Origin: an uncultured Gemmatimonadales bacterium
Lineage (GTDB): Bacteria; Gemmatimonadota; Gemmatimonadetes; Longimicrobiales; RSA9
Length of the DNA stretch: 64,000 nucleotides
Assembly: GCA_963783305.1 (NCBI GenBank)
Contig: CAWAMW010000007.1
Coordinates: 96,001 to 160,000 of the forward strand
Direction of reading: 5' to 3'
Notes under the pieces: generated by a model
Databases searched by the model: none
What the model was told of the DNA's origin: nothing
Seen by the model: only the letters and a program-made list of their open reading frames with translations
Translations under genes and position numbers: made by a program
In this document: piece by piece, positions 18,404 through 28,770 of the stretch
Position numbering within the stretch: position 1 is the stretch's first letter
How the letters are laid out: the number at the start of each line of letters is the position of its first letter

Positions 18404-21400
18404 GCCTGCCGCGGCGCTCCATAGGGCGGCCGGTGGCCGTCGCCATGGTCTTCCTGGCCGTGGCGTTCCTCGGGATGATCTCCTTCTCCCGTCTGCCCAT
18501 CGACCTGCTCCCGGACGTCTCCTACCCGCGTCTGGTGATCTATACGCAGTACACCGGCGTGGGCCCGGCGGAGGTGGAGCGTTTCGTCACCGCCCGCGTC
18601 GAGGAGCAGGTGGCGCGGGTCCCTGGCGTTCAGGAGGTGGAGAGTGTGAGCCGCGAGGGCGTCTCTCTGGTCACCGTCCGCTTCGTCTGGGGCACCAACA
18701 TGGAGTTCGCCGTGCTGAACGTGCGCGAGCGGCTCCAGACGCTGGACAACGTGCTCCCGGAGCAGTCCGACCGCCCGGTAGTCCTGCGCACCGACCCCCG
18801 GAGCGAACCCGTGATGGCCATCTCCGTGGCGGGTCAGAGTGACCTCCGAGGGCTGAAGGAGCTGGCGGAGTCGGTGTTCCGGCGGAGGCTGGAGCAGATC
18901 GATGGCGTCGCGCAGGTGGCGGTGACGGGCGGGCTGGAGCGGGAAATCCAGGTGGAGGTGGATCCGCGACGGCTGGAGTCGTTCGGCCTCACCATCGGGC
19001 AGATCGCCACCGCGCTGGAGGCGGCAAACTACAGCCTGCCCGGTGGCACGGTGCGGCGCGGCCGGTTCAGCTATCACCTCCGCACGCTGGGGGAGTTCGA
19101 GACGGTCCAGCAGATCGGCGACGTGGTGGTGGCTCGCCGGGGGGTTGCGGGCGGCGGATCCTCGGGCCCCGGCGGCGCCGGGGACACCAGCGGCAGCCCG
19201 GCGAGCGGCTCGGCGCTGGTCCTGCTGCGGGATGTAGCGACGGTGCGCGACGGGTTCGAGGACCGGGAAACAGTAGCGCGCTACAACCGGCAGGAGGCCG
19301 TGGGGCTGCTGCTGTTCAAGGAGTCGGACGCCAACACGGTTCGGGTGGCCGACGAGGTGGCGGGTGTGCTGGAGGAGCTTCGGGGCGAGTACGAGGAGCT
19401 CCACGTGGACGTGGCCATGAGCCAGGCGGGGTTCATCGCCGACGCCATCTCCAACGTGATTCAGGCGCTGGTGGTGGGGGGAATCCTCGCGTTCCTGGTG
19501 CTGTTCCTCTTCCTGCGGGACGCGCGCTATCCCGTGGCCATCGCGCTGGCGATCCCCATCTCCGTTGTGGGGACGTTCAGCCTGCTCGACCTGGCGGGCG
19601 TGTCGCTGAACATCATGAGCCTGGGCGGGCTGGCGCTGGGGGTCGGGATGCTGGTGGACAACAGCATCGTGGTGCTCGAGAACATCTTCCGCCACCGGCA
19701 GCTGCAGGCGGCCGGGGTCGAGGCGGGGTCGCTGGACGCGGCGGCGGTGGGCGCGGAGGAGGTGCAGGGGGCGATCACGGCCTCGACGCTCACCACCGTC
19801 AGTGTGTTCGGCCCCATCATCTACGTGGAGGGGGTGGCGGGGGAGCTATTCGGCGCGCTCTCCTTCGCGGTGGCGTTCTCGCTTCTGGCGAGCCTGCTGG
19901 TGGCGTTGACGCTGCTCCCCGCCATGGCGGCGCGGTGGGAGCGGGTGCCCTACGGACACGTGCCGTGGACGGCGCGCATCTTCCACACCGCGCGGCGCCG
20001 GGTGGGCAGCGGGTTCGCGCGGGTCTTCGGCCCCCCGCTGCGCGCGTTCGACCGGGCGTTCGACCGATTTGCCGCATGGTACCACGGAGTGCTGGCCGCC
20101 GCGCTCGTTCACCGCCGCCGGGTGGCGGTGGTGGCGGTCGTGCTCGTGGCGGGGACGCTCGGTCTGGGCGCCACGCTCGAGCGGAGCGTGCTCCCGGACG
20201 TGGATCAGGGATCGTTCCGCGTACGCGTGGAGCTGCCGAAGGGGACACCGCTGGACCGTACGGCGGACGTGACCGATCGGCTGGAGCAACTCTTCCTGGA
20301 GCAGCCCGGCGTGGACGCCGTGTTCAGCCAGATCGGCCGCCAGGTGGCGGTGGCGGGAATGGACGAGGACGAGACGGGCCAGCACACTGCCACGCTGGAG
20401 ATCCGACTGGAAGACCGCGTGGCCACGCGGGACGTGATCGAGGCGGTCCGGCCGAGGCTCCGCTCATTCCCGCCGGGCGCCGTGTCCGTGGAGAGGGGAC
20501 AGGCCACCGCTCTCGGCAGGATGATGGGCGGGAGCGACGCCGACATCGCCGTCCGGATCCGGGGCGATGATCTGGACGCCGCCCTCTCGTACGGTCAGAC
20601 GCTCCAATCGGTGCTGGGGGAGGTGCCGAGCCTCGCGAACGTGCGGCTGGGGGTCGAGCTCGGCCAGCCGGAGGTGCAGGTGGAGATCGATCGGGAGCGC
20701 GCCGCCGCGTACGGGATCGACCCGCGCCGGATCGCGGAGACGGTGGAGCGCTACATGCTCGGCGCGGAAGCCACGCAGTTCGTGGAGTTCGACCGCAAGA
20801 TCCCGGTGATGGTGCGGCTCCCGCAGGCCGACCGCCGATCGCTGACCACGCTCCGCGAGCTGCGCGTGGACGGCGTGCCGCTCCGGGAGCTGGTCCGGAC
20901 CCGGGAGGCGCTGGGTCCGAGCGAGATCCAGCGGCGCGAGCAGAGCCGGGTGGTGCCCGTGCTCGCCGACGTCGCGGGCGGTGGCCTGGCCGCCGCGGTG
21001 GCGGATGTCCGGACGGCGCTGGTCGGTCACCCGACCCCGCGCGGGCTCCGGGTGGAGATCGGCGGGGAGAACGAGGAGATGCGCAGGAGCTTCCGGGACC
21101 TGGGCTTCGCCTTCGCGCTGGCGCTTCTCCTGGTCTACATGATCCTCGCCGCGCAGTTCGAGTCGTTCGTCCACCCGTTCACCATCCTGCTGAGCGTACC
21201 GCTGGCGCTGGTGGGGGCGATCAGCGCGCTGTGGCTGGTGGGCGGCGGGCTCAACACCATGAGCCTGATCGGGATGGTGATCCTCGTGGGGATCGTGGTG
21301 AACGACGCCATCGTGAAGGTGGACTTCATCACGCAGGCGCGGGCCCGGGGCGCGTCGGTACAGGACGCGATCATGGAGGCCGGCTCCGCGCGGCTCCGGC

Positions 21401-21615
21401 CCATCATCATGACCACCGTCACCACCGTGCTGGGACTCACCCCCATGGCGCTCGGGATCGGCCGTGGCGCGGACCTGCGGGCGCCGCTGGCCGTGGCGGT
21501 CATCGGTGGACTCCTCACGGCCACGGCTCTGACCCTCATCGTGGTCCCCGTGGCGTACGACGTGGTGGAGTCGGCGCGTGCGCGTGTCCTCTCTCTGACG
21601 GGCGACGACGAGTGA
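18400..21615 (+). CDS. RND efflux permease (AcrB/MdtB-like), subunit 1
   Basis: RPVAVAM, GMLVDNSIVVLENI, RLRPIIMTT; 1071 aa. Confidence 0.95.
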   Translation: MSLPRRSIGRPVAVAMVFLAVAFLGMISFSRLPIDLLPDVSYPRLVIYTQYTGVGPAEVERFVTARVEEQVARVPGVQEVESVSREGVSLVTVRFVWGTNMEFAVLNVRERLQTLDNVLPEQSDRPVVLRTDPRSEPVMAISVAGQSDLRGLKELAESVFRRRLEQIDGVAQVAVTGGLEREIQVEVDPRRLESFGLTIGQIATALEAANYSLPGGTVRRGRFSYHLRTLGEFETVQQIGDVVVARRGVAGGGSSGPGGAGDTSGSPASGSALVLLRDVATVRDGFEDRETVARYNRQEAVGLLLFKESDANTVRVADEVAGVLEELRGEYEELHVDVAMSQAGFIADAISNVIQALVVGGILAFLVLFLFLRDARYPVAIALAIPISVVGTFSLLDLAGVSLNIMSLGGLALGVGMLVDNSIVVLENIFRHRQLQAAGVEAGSLDAAAVGAEEVQGAITASTLTTVSVFGPIIYVEGVAGELFGALSFAVAFSLLASLLVALTLLPAMAARWERVPYGHVPWTARIFHTARRRVGSGFARVFGPPLRAFDRAFDRFAAWYHGVLAAALVHRRRVAVVAVVLVAGTLGLGATLERSVLPDVDQGSFRVRVELPKGTPLDRTADVTDRLEQLFLEQPGVDAVFSQIGRQVAVAGMDEDETGQHTATLEIRLEDRVATRDVIEAVRPRLRSFPPGAVSVERGQATALGRMMGGSDADIAVRIRGDDLDAALSYGQTLQSVLGEVPSLANVRLGVELGQPEVQVEIDRERAAAYGIDPRRIAETVERYMLGAEATQFVEFDRKIPVMVRLPQADRRSLTTLRELRVDGVPLRELVRTREALGPSEIQRREQSRVVPVLADVAGGGLAAAVADVRTALVGHPTPRGLRVEIGGENEEMRRSFRDLGFAFALALLLVYMILAAQFESFVHPFTILLSVPLALVGAISALWLVGGGLNTMSLIGMVILVGIVVNDAIVKVDFITQARARGASVQDAIMEAGSARLRPIIMTTVTTVLGLTPMALGIGRGADLRAPLAVAVIGGLLTATALTLIVVPVAYDVVESARARVLSLTGDDE

Positions 21616-24600
21616 TCCGACTCGCGATCCGGCGCCCCGTTGCCGTGACGATGGCGTACCTGGCCATCGCCGTGATGGGCTACGCGGCCTGGCGCAACAT
21701 CCCGCTGGAGCTGCTGCCCGAGACGAGTCTGCCGCAGTTGATCGTGCAGGCGCAGTGGCCGGGGTCCTCGCCCGAGGCCATGGAAGCGTTCGTCACTTCA
21801 CCGCTGGAAGGTGTGATCCAGCAGATCGCCGGCGTGGAGAAGGTCACCTCCACGTCGCAGGCCGGGTCGGCTTCGATTCAGGTCGAGTTCGGCCGGTCCA
21901 CCGATATGAATTTCGCGCGCCTCGAGCTGTCCGAGCGTCTGACCGGCCTGCAGGACGACCTGCCGGCGCGCGTGACGCCCACGATCATCCCGTACGTCCC
22001 CCGCGAGTTCCGGGAGCAGCAGCGCGCGTTCCTCGAGTACACCGTCACGGGGCCCTACACGCCGGAGGCGCTGCGCGCGCACGTCCAGGACGTGTTGAAG
22101 CCGGAGATCACGCAGGTGAGCGGCGTCAACGACGTGGAAGTCCACGGCGGGCGGGACCGGCTGCTGGAGATCGAGGTCGACCCCCGCCGCGCGGACGCCC
22201 TCGCACTCCCACCGCAGCAGATCCGCCAGCGGATCCTGGAGCTCGAGTACGTCAAGGAGGCGGGCTTCGTGGACGTTGGCGGGGCGCTCCGGACCGTGGC
22301 GGTGCGGCACCGGGCGGAGTCGGTGCAGGACATTCTGGACCTGCCCGTGCTCACGGACCGTGGCCGGATCGTCCGTCTCCGCGACGTGGCCGTGGTCCAT
22401 GACACCTACGAGGATGCGCGGCAGCTGTACCGCATCGACGGGTTCCCTGCCGTGAGCTTCACCGTGCACAAGGAGCTGGGTACCAACGTGGTGGCCGTGG
22501 CCGACGCGGTGAAGGCCCGGCTCGAGGAGGTCTCGGCGCTCCACCCGCCGGGCACCCGCCTCATCCTGGACGAGGACGAGAGCGAGGCCGTGAAGACCCA
22601 GCTCTCCGACCTGCGCACCCGCGCCGGCGTGGCGGCCGTGGCGATCTTCGCCGTGCTCCTCCTGTTCCTGGGCTCGCTCCGCTCCGCCGTGGTGGTGTTC
22701 GCCACCATCGCGTTCAGCGTGCTCATCACGGTCAACCTCATCTACTTCGGCGGCATGACGCTGAACGTGCTCACGCTCATGGGCATCGCCATGGGCTTCG
22801 GGCTCATCGTCGACAACGCCATCGTGGTGCTGGAGAACATCTACCGTCGGCGGAAGCTCGGGGACTCCCCGGAAGACGCCGCGGAGCGCGGCGCACGCGA
22901 AGTGGTCCTCCCGATCCTGGCCGCCACCCTCACCACCCTCGTCGTGCTCATCCCGTTCGTGTACCTCCAGGGCGAGCTCCAGGTCTACTACGTCCCGCTG
23001 GCCATCGTGGTGGGCTTCAGCCTGCTGGCCAGCCTCTTCGTGGCCTTCAGCTTCATACCGGGGCTGGCCAGCCGACTCCTCGGCAGCGTCCCTCCCGACC
23101 CACGCGGAGGCGCCATCCCCGAACTCGCCCGCCGCTACGCCGAAGAGCTGACCGCCCTCCGCGCCGCAGCCGCCCCCCGCGCCGCAGCCGCCCCCTGGTA
23201 CGTCCGCCTCTACGCCACCATGGTCGGCTTCACGCTGCTGCACCCCGTGGCCACGCTGGTAGTCGCGCTGGCCATGCTCGGCGGCTCCTACCACGTGTTC
23301 GACAGGTACGTGACGCGTGGGATCCTGTGGGGGAACTGGTGGGGGCAGGACAACCACATCGAAATCCAGGTCCGGATGCCACGGGGGGAGGAGCTGGAGC
23401 GGGTGGATGCGCTGACGCTCTACTTCGAGGACCGGCTCGAGCGGATCCCCGAGGTGGAGCGCTTCGTGACCCACGTCTACCCGTCGTTCAGCAGGATCCA
23501 GGTGACGTTCCCGGACTCGCTGGAAGCGACCCAGATACCGGCGGCGATCAAGGAGCAGATGCTGGCGTACAGCCACCAGTTCGGCGGCATGGACGTGCGG
23601 GTGTACGGGTACGGCCCGAGCTTCTACGGGGGTGGCAGCAGCCCGCCGAATTACACGATCCAGGTGTTCGGCTACAACTACGAGAAGGTGCGGGAGATCG
23701 CGGCGGACCTGGGCGATCGACTGACGCGGTTCAGCCGGATCCGCGAGGTGGACACGAACTCGGGCGGGCGCTTCACCCGGGACAAGGAGACGGAGCTGGT
23801 GCTGTCGCTGGACAGGGAGCGTCTGGCGCTGCACGGGCTGAGCGCGCGGGACGTGGTGTGGCAGGTGACGGCGGCGACGCAGAGCGGGGCGCAGAACCAG
23901 GAAGTGCGCCTCGCGGGAGAGGAGCTGCAGTTCGCGGTGAAGCTGGCCGGGAACCGGCAGCTGGACCTTCTCGGGCTCCAGGACCTGATGCTGCCGTCAC
24001 CCGCCGGGTCGGCGGTCCGGCTCGGGGACGTGGCGCGCCTGGATGAGCGCGCGGTGCTCGCCCGGATCGAGCGGGAGGACCAGAAGTACAGGCGCTTCGT
24101 CGCGTACGAGTTCCTGGGGCCCACCAGGCTGGGCGACCGCGTGCGGGAAGCGGTGATCGAGAACACCTTCCTCCCACCGGGCTACAGCATCGAGACGGGC
24201 AACGACTGGCGGTGGGACGAGGACGAGAAGCGGCAGATCTACGGCGTCCTGATCCTCTCCGTGGTGCTGGTATTCATGGTCACGGCGGCGCTGTTCGAGA
24301 GCCTGCGGCAGCCGCTCACCGTGCTCATGGCCGTGCCCATGGCGCTGATCGGCGTGTTCCTCATCTTCTTCTACACCGACGCGGGGTTCACCCGGGAGGC
24401 GTACGTAGGCGTGATCATGATGGGAGGGATCGTCGTGAACAACGCCATCCTCCTGGTGGACCACATCAATCACCTGCGGCGTGTGGAGGGAATGGCGCTG
24501 GAGCCGGCCACGCTGCGGGGCACGCTCGAGCGCGTTCGCCCCATCCTCATGACGAGCACGACAACGATCGCGGGGCTGCTCCCGCTCGTCCTCTTCAGCG

Positions 24601-24764
24601 AGACGGCCAATGAGAGCATCTGGAACGCTCTGGCGTACTCACTGATCGGCGGCCTGACGAGCTCGACCGTGCTGGTGCTGACCGTGACCCCCGCGCTCTA
24701 CCTGCTTCTCGAGCGGCCGGCAGCCAGAGCGCGTACAACCATTCTGGCAGGTCAGGCGTCGTAA
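21612..24764 (+). CDS. RND efflux permease (AcrB/MdtC-like), subunit 2
   Basis: GTG start overlapping the upstream stop (VIRLAIRRPVAV); GLIVDNAIVVLENI; RVRPILMTS. Confidence 0.95.
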   Translation: MIRLAIRRPVAVTMAYLAIAVMGYAAWRNIPLELLPETSLPQLIVQAQWPGSSPEAMEAFVTSPLEGVIQQIAGVEKVTSTSQAGSASIQVEFGRSTDMNFARLELSERLTGLQDDLPARVTPTIIPYVPREFREQQRAFLEYTVTGPYTPEALRAHVQDVLKPEITQVSGVNDVEVHGGRDRLLEIEVDPRRADALALPPQQIRQRILELEYVKEAGFVDVGGALRTVAVRHRAESVQDILDLPVLTDRGRIVRLRDVAVVHDTYEDARQLYRIDGFPAVSFTVHKELGTNVVAVADAVKARLEEVSALHPPGTRLILDEDESEAVKTQLSDLRTRAGVAAVAIFAVLLLFLGSLRSAVVVFATIAFSVLITVNLIYFGGMTLNVLTLMGIAMGFGLIVDNAIVVLENIYRRRKLGDSPEDAAERGAREVVLPILAATLTTLVVLIPFVYLQGELQVYYVPLAIVVGFSLLASLFVAFSFIPGLASRLLGSVPPDPRGGAIPELARRYAEELTALRAAAAPRAAAAPWYVRLYATMVGFTLLHPVATLVVALAMLGGSYHVFDRYVTRGILWGNWWGQDNHIEIQVRMPRGEELERVDALTLYFEDRLERIPEVERFVTHVYPSFSRIQVTFPDSLEATQIPAAIKEQMLAYSHQFGGMDVRVYGYGPSFYGGGSSPPNYTIQVFGYNYEKVREIAADLGDRLTRFSRIREVDTNSGGRFTRDKETELVLSLDRERLALHGLSARDVVWQVTAATQSGAQNQEVRLAGEELQFAVKLAGNRQLDLLGLQDLMLPSPAGSAVRLGDVARLDERAVLARIEREDQKYRRFVAYEFLGPTRLGDRVREAVIENTFLPPGYSIETGNDWRWDEDEKRQIYGVLILSVVLVFMVTAALFESLRQPLTVLMAVPMALIGVFLIFFYTDAGFTREAYVGVIMMGGIVVNNAILLVDHINHLRRVEGMALEPATLRGTLERVRPILMTSTTTIAGLLPLVLFSETANESIWNALAYSLIGGLTSSTVLVLTVTPALYLLLERPAARARTTILAGQAS

Positions 24765-24870
24765 AGGATAGTGTAGCTCGGACCGCCGCGGCATTTTACC
24801 CCCCGCCCGGCGGCCGGTGGTCTTCCCGCCGCGCGGCGGGCCCTGTTCAAACTCCAGAGGTGAAGAGCCC

Positions 24871-27444
24871 ATGATCCGGCAGATTCGGCTGGCGACCCTG
24901 TTGTTCCTGGCGACCGGCAGCGCTGCGTGCGCCACCGCGGGCGCAGCCACTCCCACGCCCCAGGCGGGCCCCGGGAGTGACGCGTCCGCGAAGGTGAAGT
25001 CCGTGGACGAGGTGACAAAGGACAGTCGCCGTATCGACGGGCTCTTCACCCTGTTCCAGGACACCCTGACCGGATCGACGCACGTGCTGGTGCGGCCGGA
25101 GCAGTTGGGGCAGGAGTTCATCTACTGGGCGCACACCGTGGACGGCGTCGTGGATGCCGGTCATTTCCGGGGCGCGTTCGGGGACAACCGTGTGCTGGCG
25201 GTCGAGCGAGATTTCGACCAGATCCGGTTCGTGGTCCAGCCCACGCAGTTCCACTTCGAGGAAGGCCGCGCACTCAGCAGGGCCGCGGACGCGAACGTGA
25301 GCCCGGCTGTCCTGGCCACGGAGAAGATCGTGGCGCGTGACACCGCGACGGGGGCGCTCCTGATCGAGGGGGACGGGATCTTCCTCACGGAGGCGCTGGC
25401 GCAGGTGAAGCCCTCGCAGCGGCCGGGCCCCCAACAGGGCTTCTCCCTCGGACAGCTGAGCAAGGGGAAAACGCGGTACGCCGAGCTCCACAACTATCCG
25501 GAGAACACCGCGGTGGTGGTGGACTACGTGTACGACAACCCGTCGCCCACCGCGGGCGGCTCCGACGGCGTCACGGACCCGCGCAGCGTGCGCATCCGGC
25601 TCCAGCACACGCTGATCGCCATGCCCGACAACGACTACTCTCCCCGGTTCGAGGACCCGCGGGTGGGGTACTTCACCGATCGTCAGACCGACATGCTGTC
25701 GACCAGCGCCACCCCCTACCGCGACCTGGTGAACCGCTGGAACCTGGTGAAGAAGGACCCGTCCGCGGCGGTGTCGGAGCCGGTGGAGCCCATCGTGTGG
25801 TGGATCGAGAACACCACCCCCGAGGTGTTCCGGCCCACGATCCGCGAAGCGCTCCTGCACTGGAACAAGGCGTTCGAGGAAGCCGGGTTCAGGAACGCCA
25901 TCGAGGTGCGCGTCCAGCCGGATGACGCGGAGTGGGACGCGGGTGACATCCGCTATAACGTGCTGCGCTGGACGGCGTCGCCCAACCCGCCGTTCGGTGG
26001 CTACGGCCCCAGCTTCACGAACCCGCGGACGGGGCAGATCCTGGGCGCTGACATCATGCTCGAGTACACGTTCGTGACCAACCGACTCCCCCTGGACCGG
26101 CTGTTCGAGACCACGGCCCTGGGCCTGGTCGCGCCGTTCGACGCGGAGGCCGTCACGAGGGCCGAGGCCGCCGGGGCGTGCACCGCGGGCATCCACCTCC
26201 ACAACGCGGCCCTTTTTGGGCTCCAGTCGCTGCGGGCGGCGGGGGTGAGCGAGGAGGAGATGAGCGATTTCATCAAGCAGAGCATCCACTACCTGGTGCT
26301 CCACGAGGTCGGCCATACCCTAGGGCTCAACCACAACATGAAGGGGACGCAGCTCTGGTCGCCCGAAGAGGCCCACGACGCGCGGCGCACCGCGGAGGAG
26401 GGGCTGTACGCCTCCGTCATGGACTACCCGGCCGTGAACCTCGCCCGGGCGGGTCAGACGCAGGGCGAATACTGGATCTCCACCGTCGGTCCGTACGACC
26501 GCTGGGCGATCCGGTTCGGCTACGACCCGATCCTGGACGACGAGGCGGCCATGGCCTCGCTGCTGGCCGAGTCCACCGACCCACGCCACGTCTTCGGCAA
26601 CGACGCGGATGACATGCGGTCGCCCGGCAAGGCCATCGACCCGCGCGTCAACATCTACGACATGAGTACGGACGCCATCGGGTACGCGTCGTGGCTCATG
26701 GAGCACGCCCGCGGCCTGCAGGACGGGCTGCTCGACCGGTACTCGAAAAAGGGGGAGTCGTACCACCAGCTGCGCAACGCCTACATGCTCCTGACTGGAC
26801 AGCAGGCGACCGCTGCCGGTGTGATCAGCCGGTATATCGGCGGGGTCTACGTGGATCGTGGGATGCACGGCCAGCCGGGCGCCACTCAACCGTTCACGCC
26901 CGTGAGTCGCGCCGACCAGAAGCGCGCCATGGACGCCCTGGCCCGGAACCTGTTCGCGCCGGACGCGTGGAGCGCCGACCCGGAGCTGCTCGCGCACCTG
27001 GCCATGCAGCGCCGCGGCTTTGACTTCTTCGCGGGCACCGAAGACCCCAAGATCCACGACCGGGCGCTCAACGCCCAGCGCGCGGTTCTGAACCACGTCC
27101 TTCACCCCGTCGTCCTGAAGCGGATCACCGACTCGCGCCTCTACGGCAACGGGTATCCGCTGGCCGAGATGCTGTCGGATCTCACCGACGCCGCTTTCGC
27201 TACGGACCGCGCCACCAACGTCAACACGTTCAGGCAAAACCTCCAGGTGGAGTACGTGGACCGGCTGGCGGAGATCGCCGTCGAGAGCGAGGAGAACCGC
27301 TACGACTTCGTCGCGCGCGGCGCCGCGCTGGCCAACCTCCAGCGCATCGACCGCATGCTCGCGGGGAAGGGCGGCAACGCTGAGACGCGGGCACATACCG
27401 CGCACGTTCGGCACCTGATCGCCCGCGCGCTGGACACCGACTGA
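24871..27444 (+). CDS. Secreted zinc-dependent metalloprotease (EcxA/DUF4953-like metzincin)
   Basis: Signal/lipobox; PRFEDPRVGYF; HEVGHTLGLNHN zinc motif; SVMDY Met-turn. Confidence 0.9.
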   Translation: MIRQIRLATLLFLATGSAACATAGAATPTPQAGPGSDASAKVKSVDEVTKDSRRIDGLFTLFQDTLTGSTHVLVRPEQLGQEFIYWAHTVDGVVDAGHFRGAFGDNRVLAVERDFDQIRFVVQPTQFHFEEGRALSRAADANVSPAVLATEKIVARDTATGALLIEGDGIFLTEALAQVKPSQRPGPQQGFSLGQLSKGKTRYAELHNYPENTAVVVDYVYDNPSPTAGGSDGVTDPRSVRIRLQHTLIAMPDNDYSPRFEDPRVGYFTDRQTDMLSTSATPYRDLVNRWNLVKKDPSAAVSEPVEPIVWWIENTTPEVFRPTIREALLHWNKAFEEAGFRNAIEVRVQPDDAEWDAGDIRYNVLRWTASPNPPFGGYGPSFTNPRTGQILGADIMLEYTFVTNRLPLDRLFETTALGLVAPFDAEAVTRAEAAGACTAGIHLHNAALFGLQSLRAAGVSEEEMSDFIKQSIHYLVLHEVGHTLGLNHNMKGTQLWSPEEAHDARRTAEEGLYASVMDYPAVNLARAGQTQGEYWISTVGPYDRWAIRFGYDPILDDEAAMASLLAESTDPRHVFGNDADDMRSPGKAIDPRVNIYDMSTDAIGYASWLMEHARGLQDGLLDRYSKKGESYHQLRNAYMLLTGQQATAAGVISRYIGGVYVDRGMHGQPGATQPFTPVSRADQKRAMDALARNLFAPDAWSADPELLAHLAMQRRGFDFFAGTEDPKIHDRALNAQRAVLNHVLHPVVLKRITDSRLYGNGYPLAEMLSDLTDAAFATDRATNVNTFRQNLQVEYVDRLAEIAVESEENRYDFVARGAALANLQRIDRMLAGKGGNAETRAHTAHVRHLIARALDTD

Positions 27445-27452
27445 TGTCGGGA

Positions 27453-27480
27453 CGGGGGGCCGGACACGGCCGGCCCCCCG
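27453..27480 (+). terminator. Stable hairpin after metalloprotease gene
   Basis: CGGGGGGCCGG-N6-CCGGCCCCCCG; no U-tract. Confidence 0.5.
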
Positions 27481-27496
27481 CATCCTGACCGAGATC

Positions 27497-27856
27497 ATGC
27501 GCATCTGGGATGTAGCCCCTGCCACGCTCTGCCGGAGCCACCTTCTGGGCGAGCACCGGGAGTTGCACGGGCTGTGGAACATCCTCACCCGGGACCTCCG
27601 CGGCTACCGCTCACATCCGGAGACGCGGCGATGGGTGGGAAAGCTCGCGGCGCTGTATGCCCGGCACGAGGAGCTGGTGGTGGAGATGGCCCGTCGTGGG
27701 TACCGGCACGCGTCGCCGCTGGATTCCGCGCTCGCCACCGGCTCGAGCACGCAGACGGAGTTCATTGATCCGGTGGAGCGCCAGCGCGAGATCCTGCGCG
27801 AGAAGCCCTGCGAGTGTCCCCTCGCACGGACCGGAGAGGACCCGCATGTCGGATGA
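27497..27856 (+). CDS. Pyrimidine dimer DNA glycosylase / T4 endonuclease V-like protein
   Basis: MRIWD..P..LCRSHLLGEHRELH, HPET.RW, RHEELVVEMARRGYRH.SPL motifs. Confidence 0.85.
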   Translation: MRIWDVAPATLCRSHLLGEHRELHGLWNILTRDLRGYRSHPETRRWVGKLAALYARHEELVVEMARRGYRHASPLDSALATGSSTQTEFIDPVERQREILREKPCECPLARTGEDPHVG

Positions 27857-28040
27857 GAAGCTCGACCAGCGGCTGAGCCTGATCACGCTGGGCGTCGAGG
27901 AGCCGGCTTCCCCATCGGCGCCGATGGGACCACCGAGATCGGCGATCCGGCCTGATCGCACCCCCGGGCGTGCCGTGGGCGACGTCCTGAACCGTGCGTC
28001 CGCTCGGCGCGTCCTCTATCTTTGGAGCCATGACGTCTGA
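27846..28040 (+). pseudogene. Probable remnant of a VOC/glyoxalase-family gene
   Basis: SD GAGGA; first ~19 codons MSDEKLDQRLSLITLGVEE match the VOC N-terminus, then the sequence becomes Pro/Arg-rich and unrecognisable. Confidence 0.5.
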
Positions 28041-28770
28041 GCCCAGCAGCCTCCGCGGTTTCCGCGACCAGACCATCGACGACCTCTGCCGCCGGTTCGC
28101 GGCCGATGAGCTGTCCATGGCCGACCTCGAGCGCCGACTCGAAAAGGCGCGGGCGGCGCGGACACGAGCGGAGCTGAGCGCTCTGCTCGACGACCTCCGG
28201 CCTGCGCAGCCTGCCGTCTCCAGCACCGCACCGTCCCGGCCGCCGGCGCGCGCGCGGAAACAGCCGCCCAGCCGGCCGGGCTCCATTCCCGAGGCCGCCA
28301 CCTCGGCGCGTTCTTCGGTCCCCCGTGGGGCCCCGCAGCTCCGGCAGGCGAGCAGCCTGGCGTTTGCAGTCATGGGCGGCACCCGCCGGGCGGGTCGCTG
28401 GGTTCCCCCGTCCACGATGTCCGCCGTGGCCATCATGGGAGGGGTCGAGCTGGATTTCCGCAACGCGGTCTTCACGGGCGGTGTGGTGGAGATCAACTGC
28501 TTCGCGTTCTGGGGCGGCGTGGAAATCATCGTGCCGCCCGACGTGCACGTAGACACCCACGGCTTCGCCGTCCTGGGGGGATTCGACCAGACGGCGGCGC
28601 TGGATACGGCCCCGGCTCCGGACGCACCCACGATCCGGATCAACGGGTTCGCGCTCATGGGCGCGGTGGAGGTGAAGGTGGCGGTGCGGGAGGCGAGTGA
28701 TGGTAGCAGGGGTCGGGGCGCTGGGGGCGCGCGACTCGAGCGTGGCAGGTCCTGGGGACTCGAGGGCTGA
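28030..28770 (+). CDS. DUF1707 (SHOCT-like) + LiaF-like C-terminal domain protein
   Basis: RDQTIDDLCRRFAADELSMADLERRL; MGGVELDFR, FWGGVEIIVPP, ALMGAVEV. Confidence 0.85.
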   Translation: MTSEPSSLRGFRDQTIDDLCRRFAADELSMADLERRLEKARAARTRAELSALLDDLRPAQPAVSSTAPSRPPARARKQPPSRPGSIPEAATSARSSVPRGAPQLRQASSLAFAVMGGTRRAGRWVPPSTMSAVAIMGGVELDFRNAVFTGGVVEINCFAFWGGVEIIVPPDVHVDTHGFAVLGGFDQTAALDTAPAPDAPTIRINGFALMGAVEVKVAVREASDGSRGRGAGGARLERGRSWGLEG

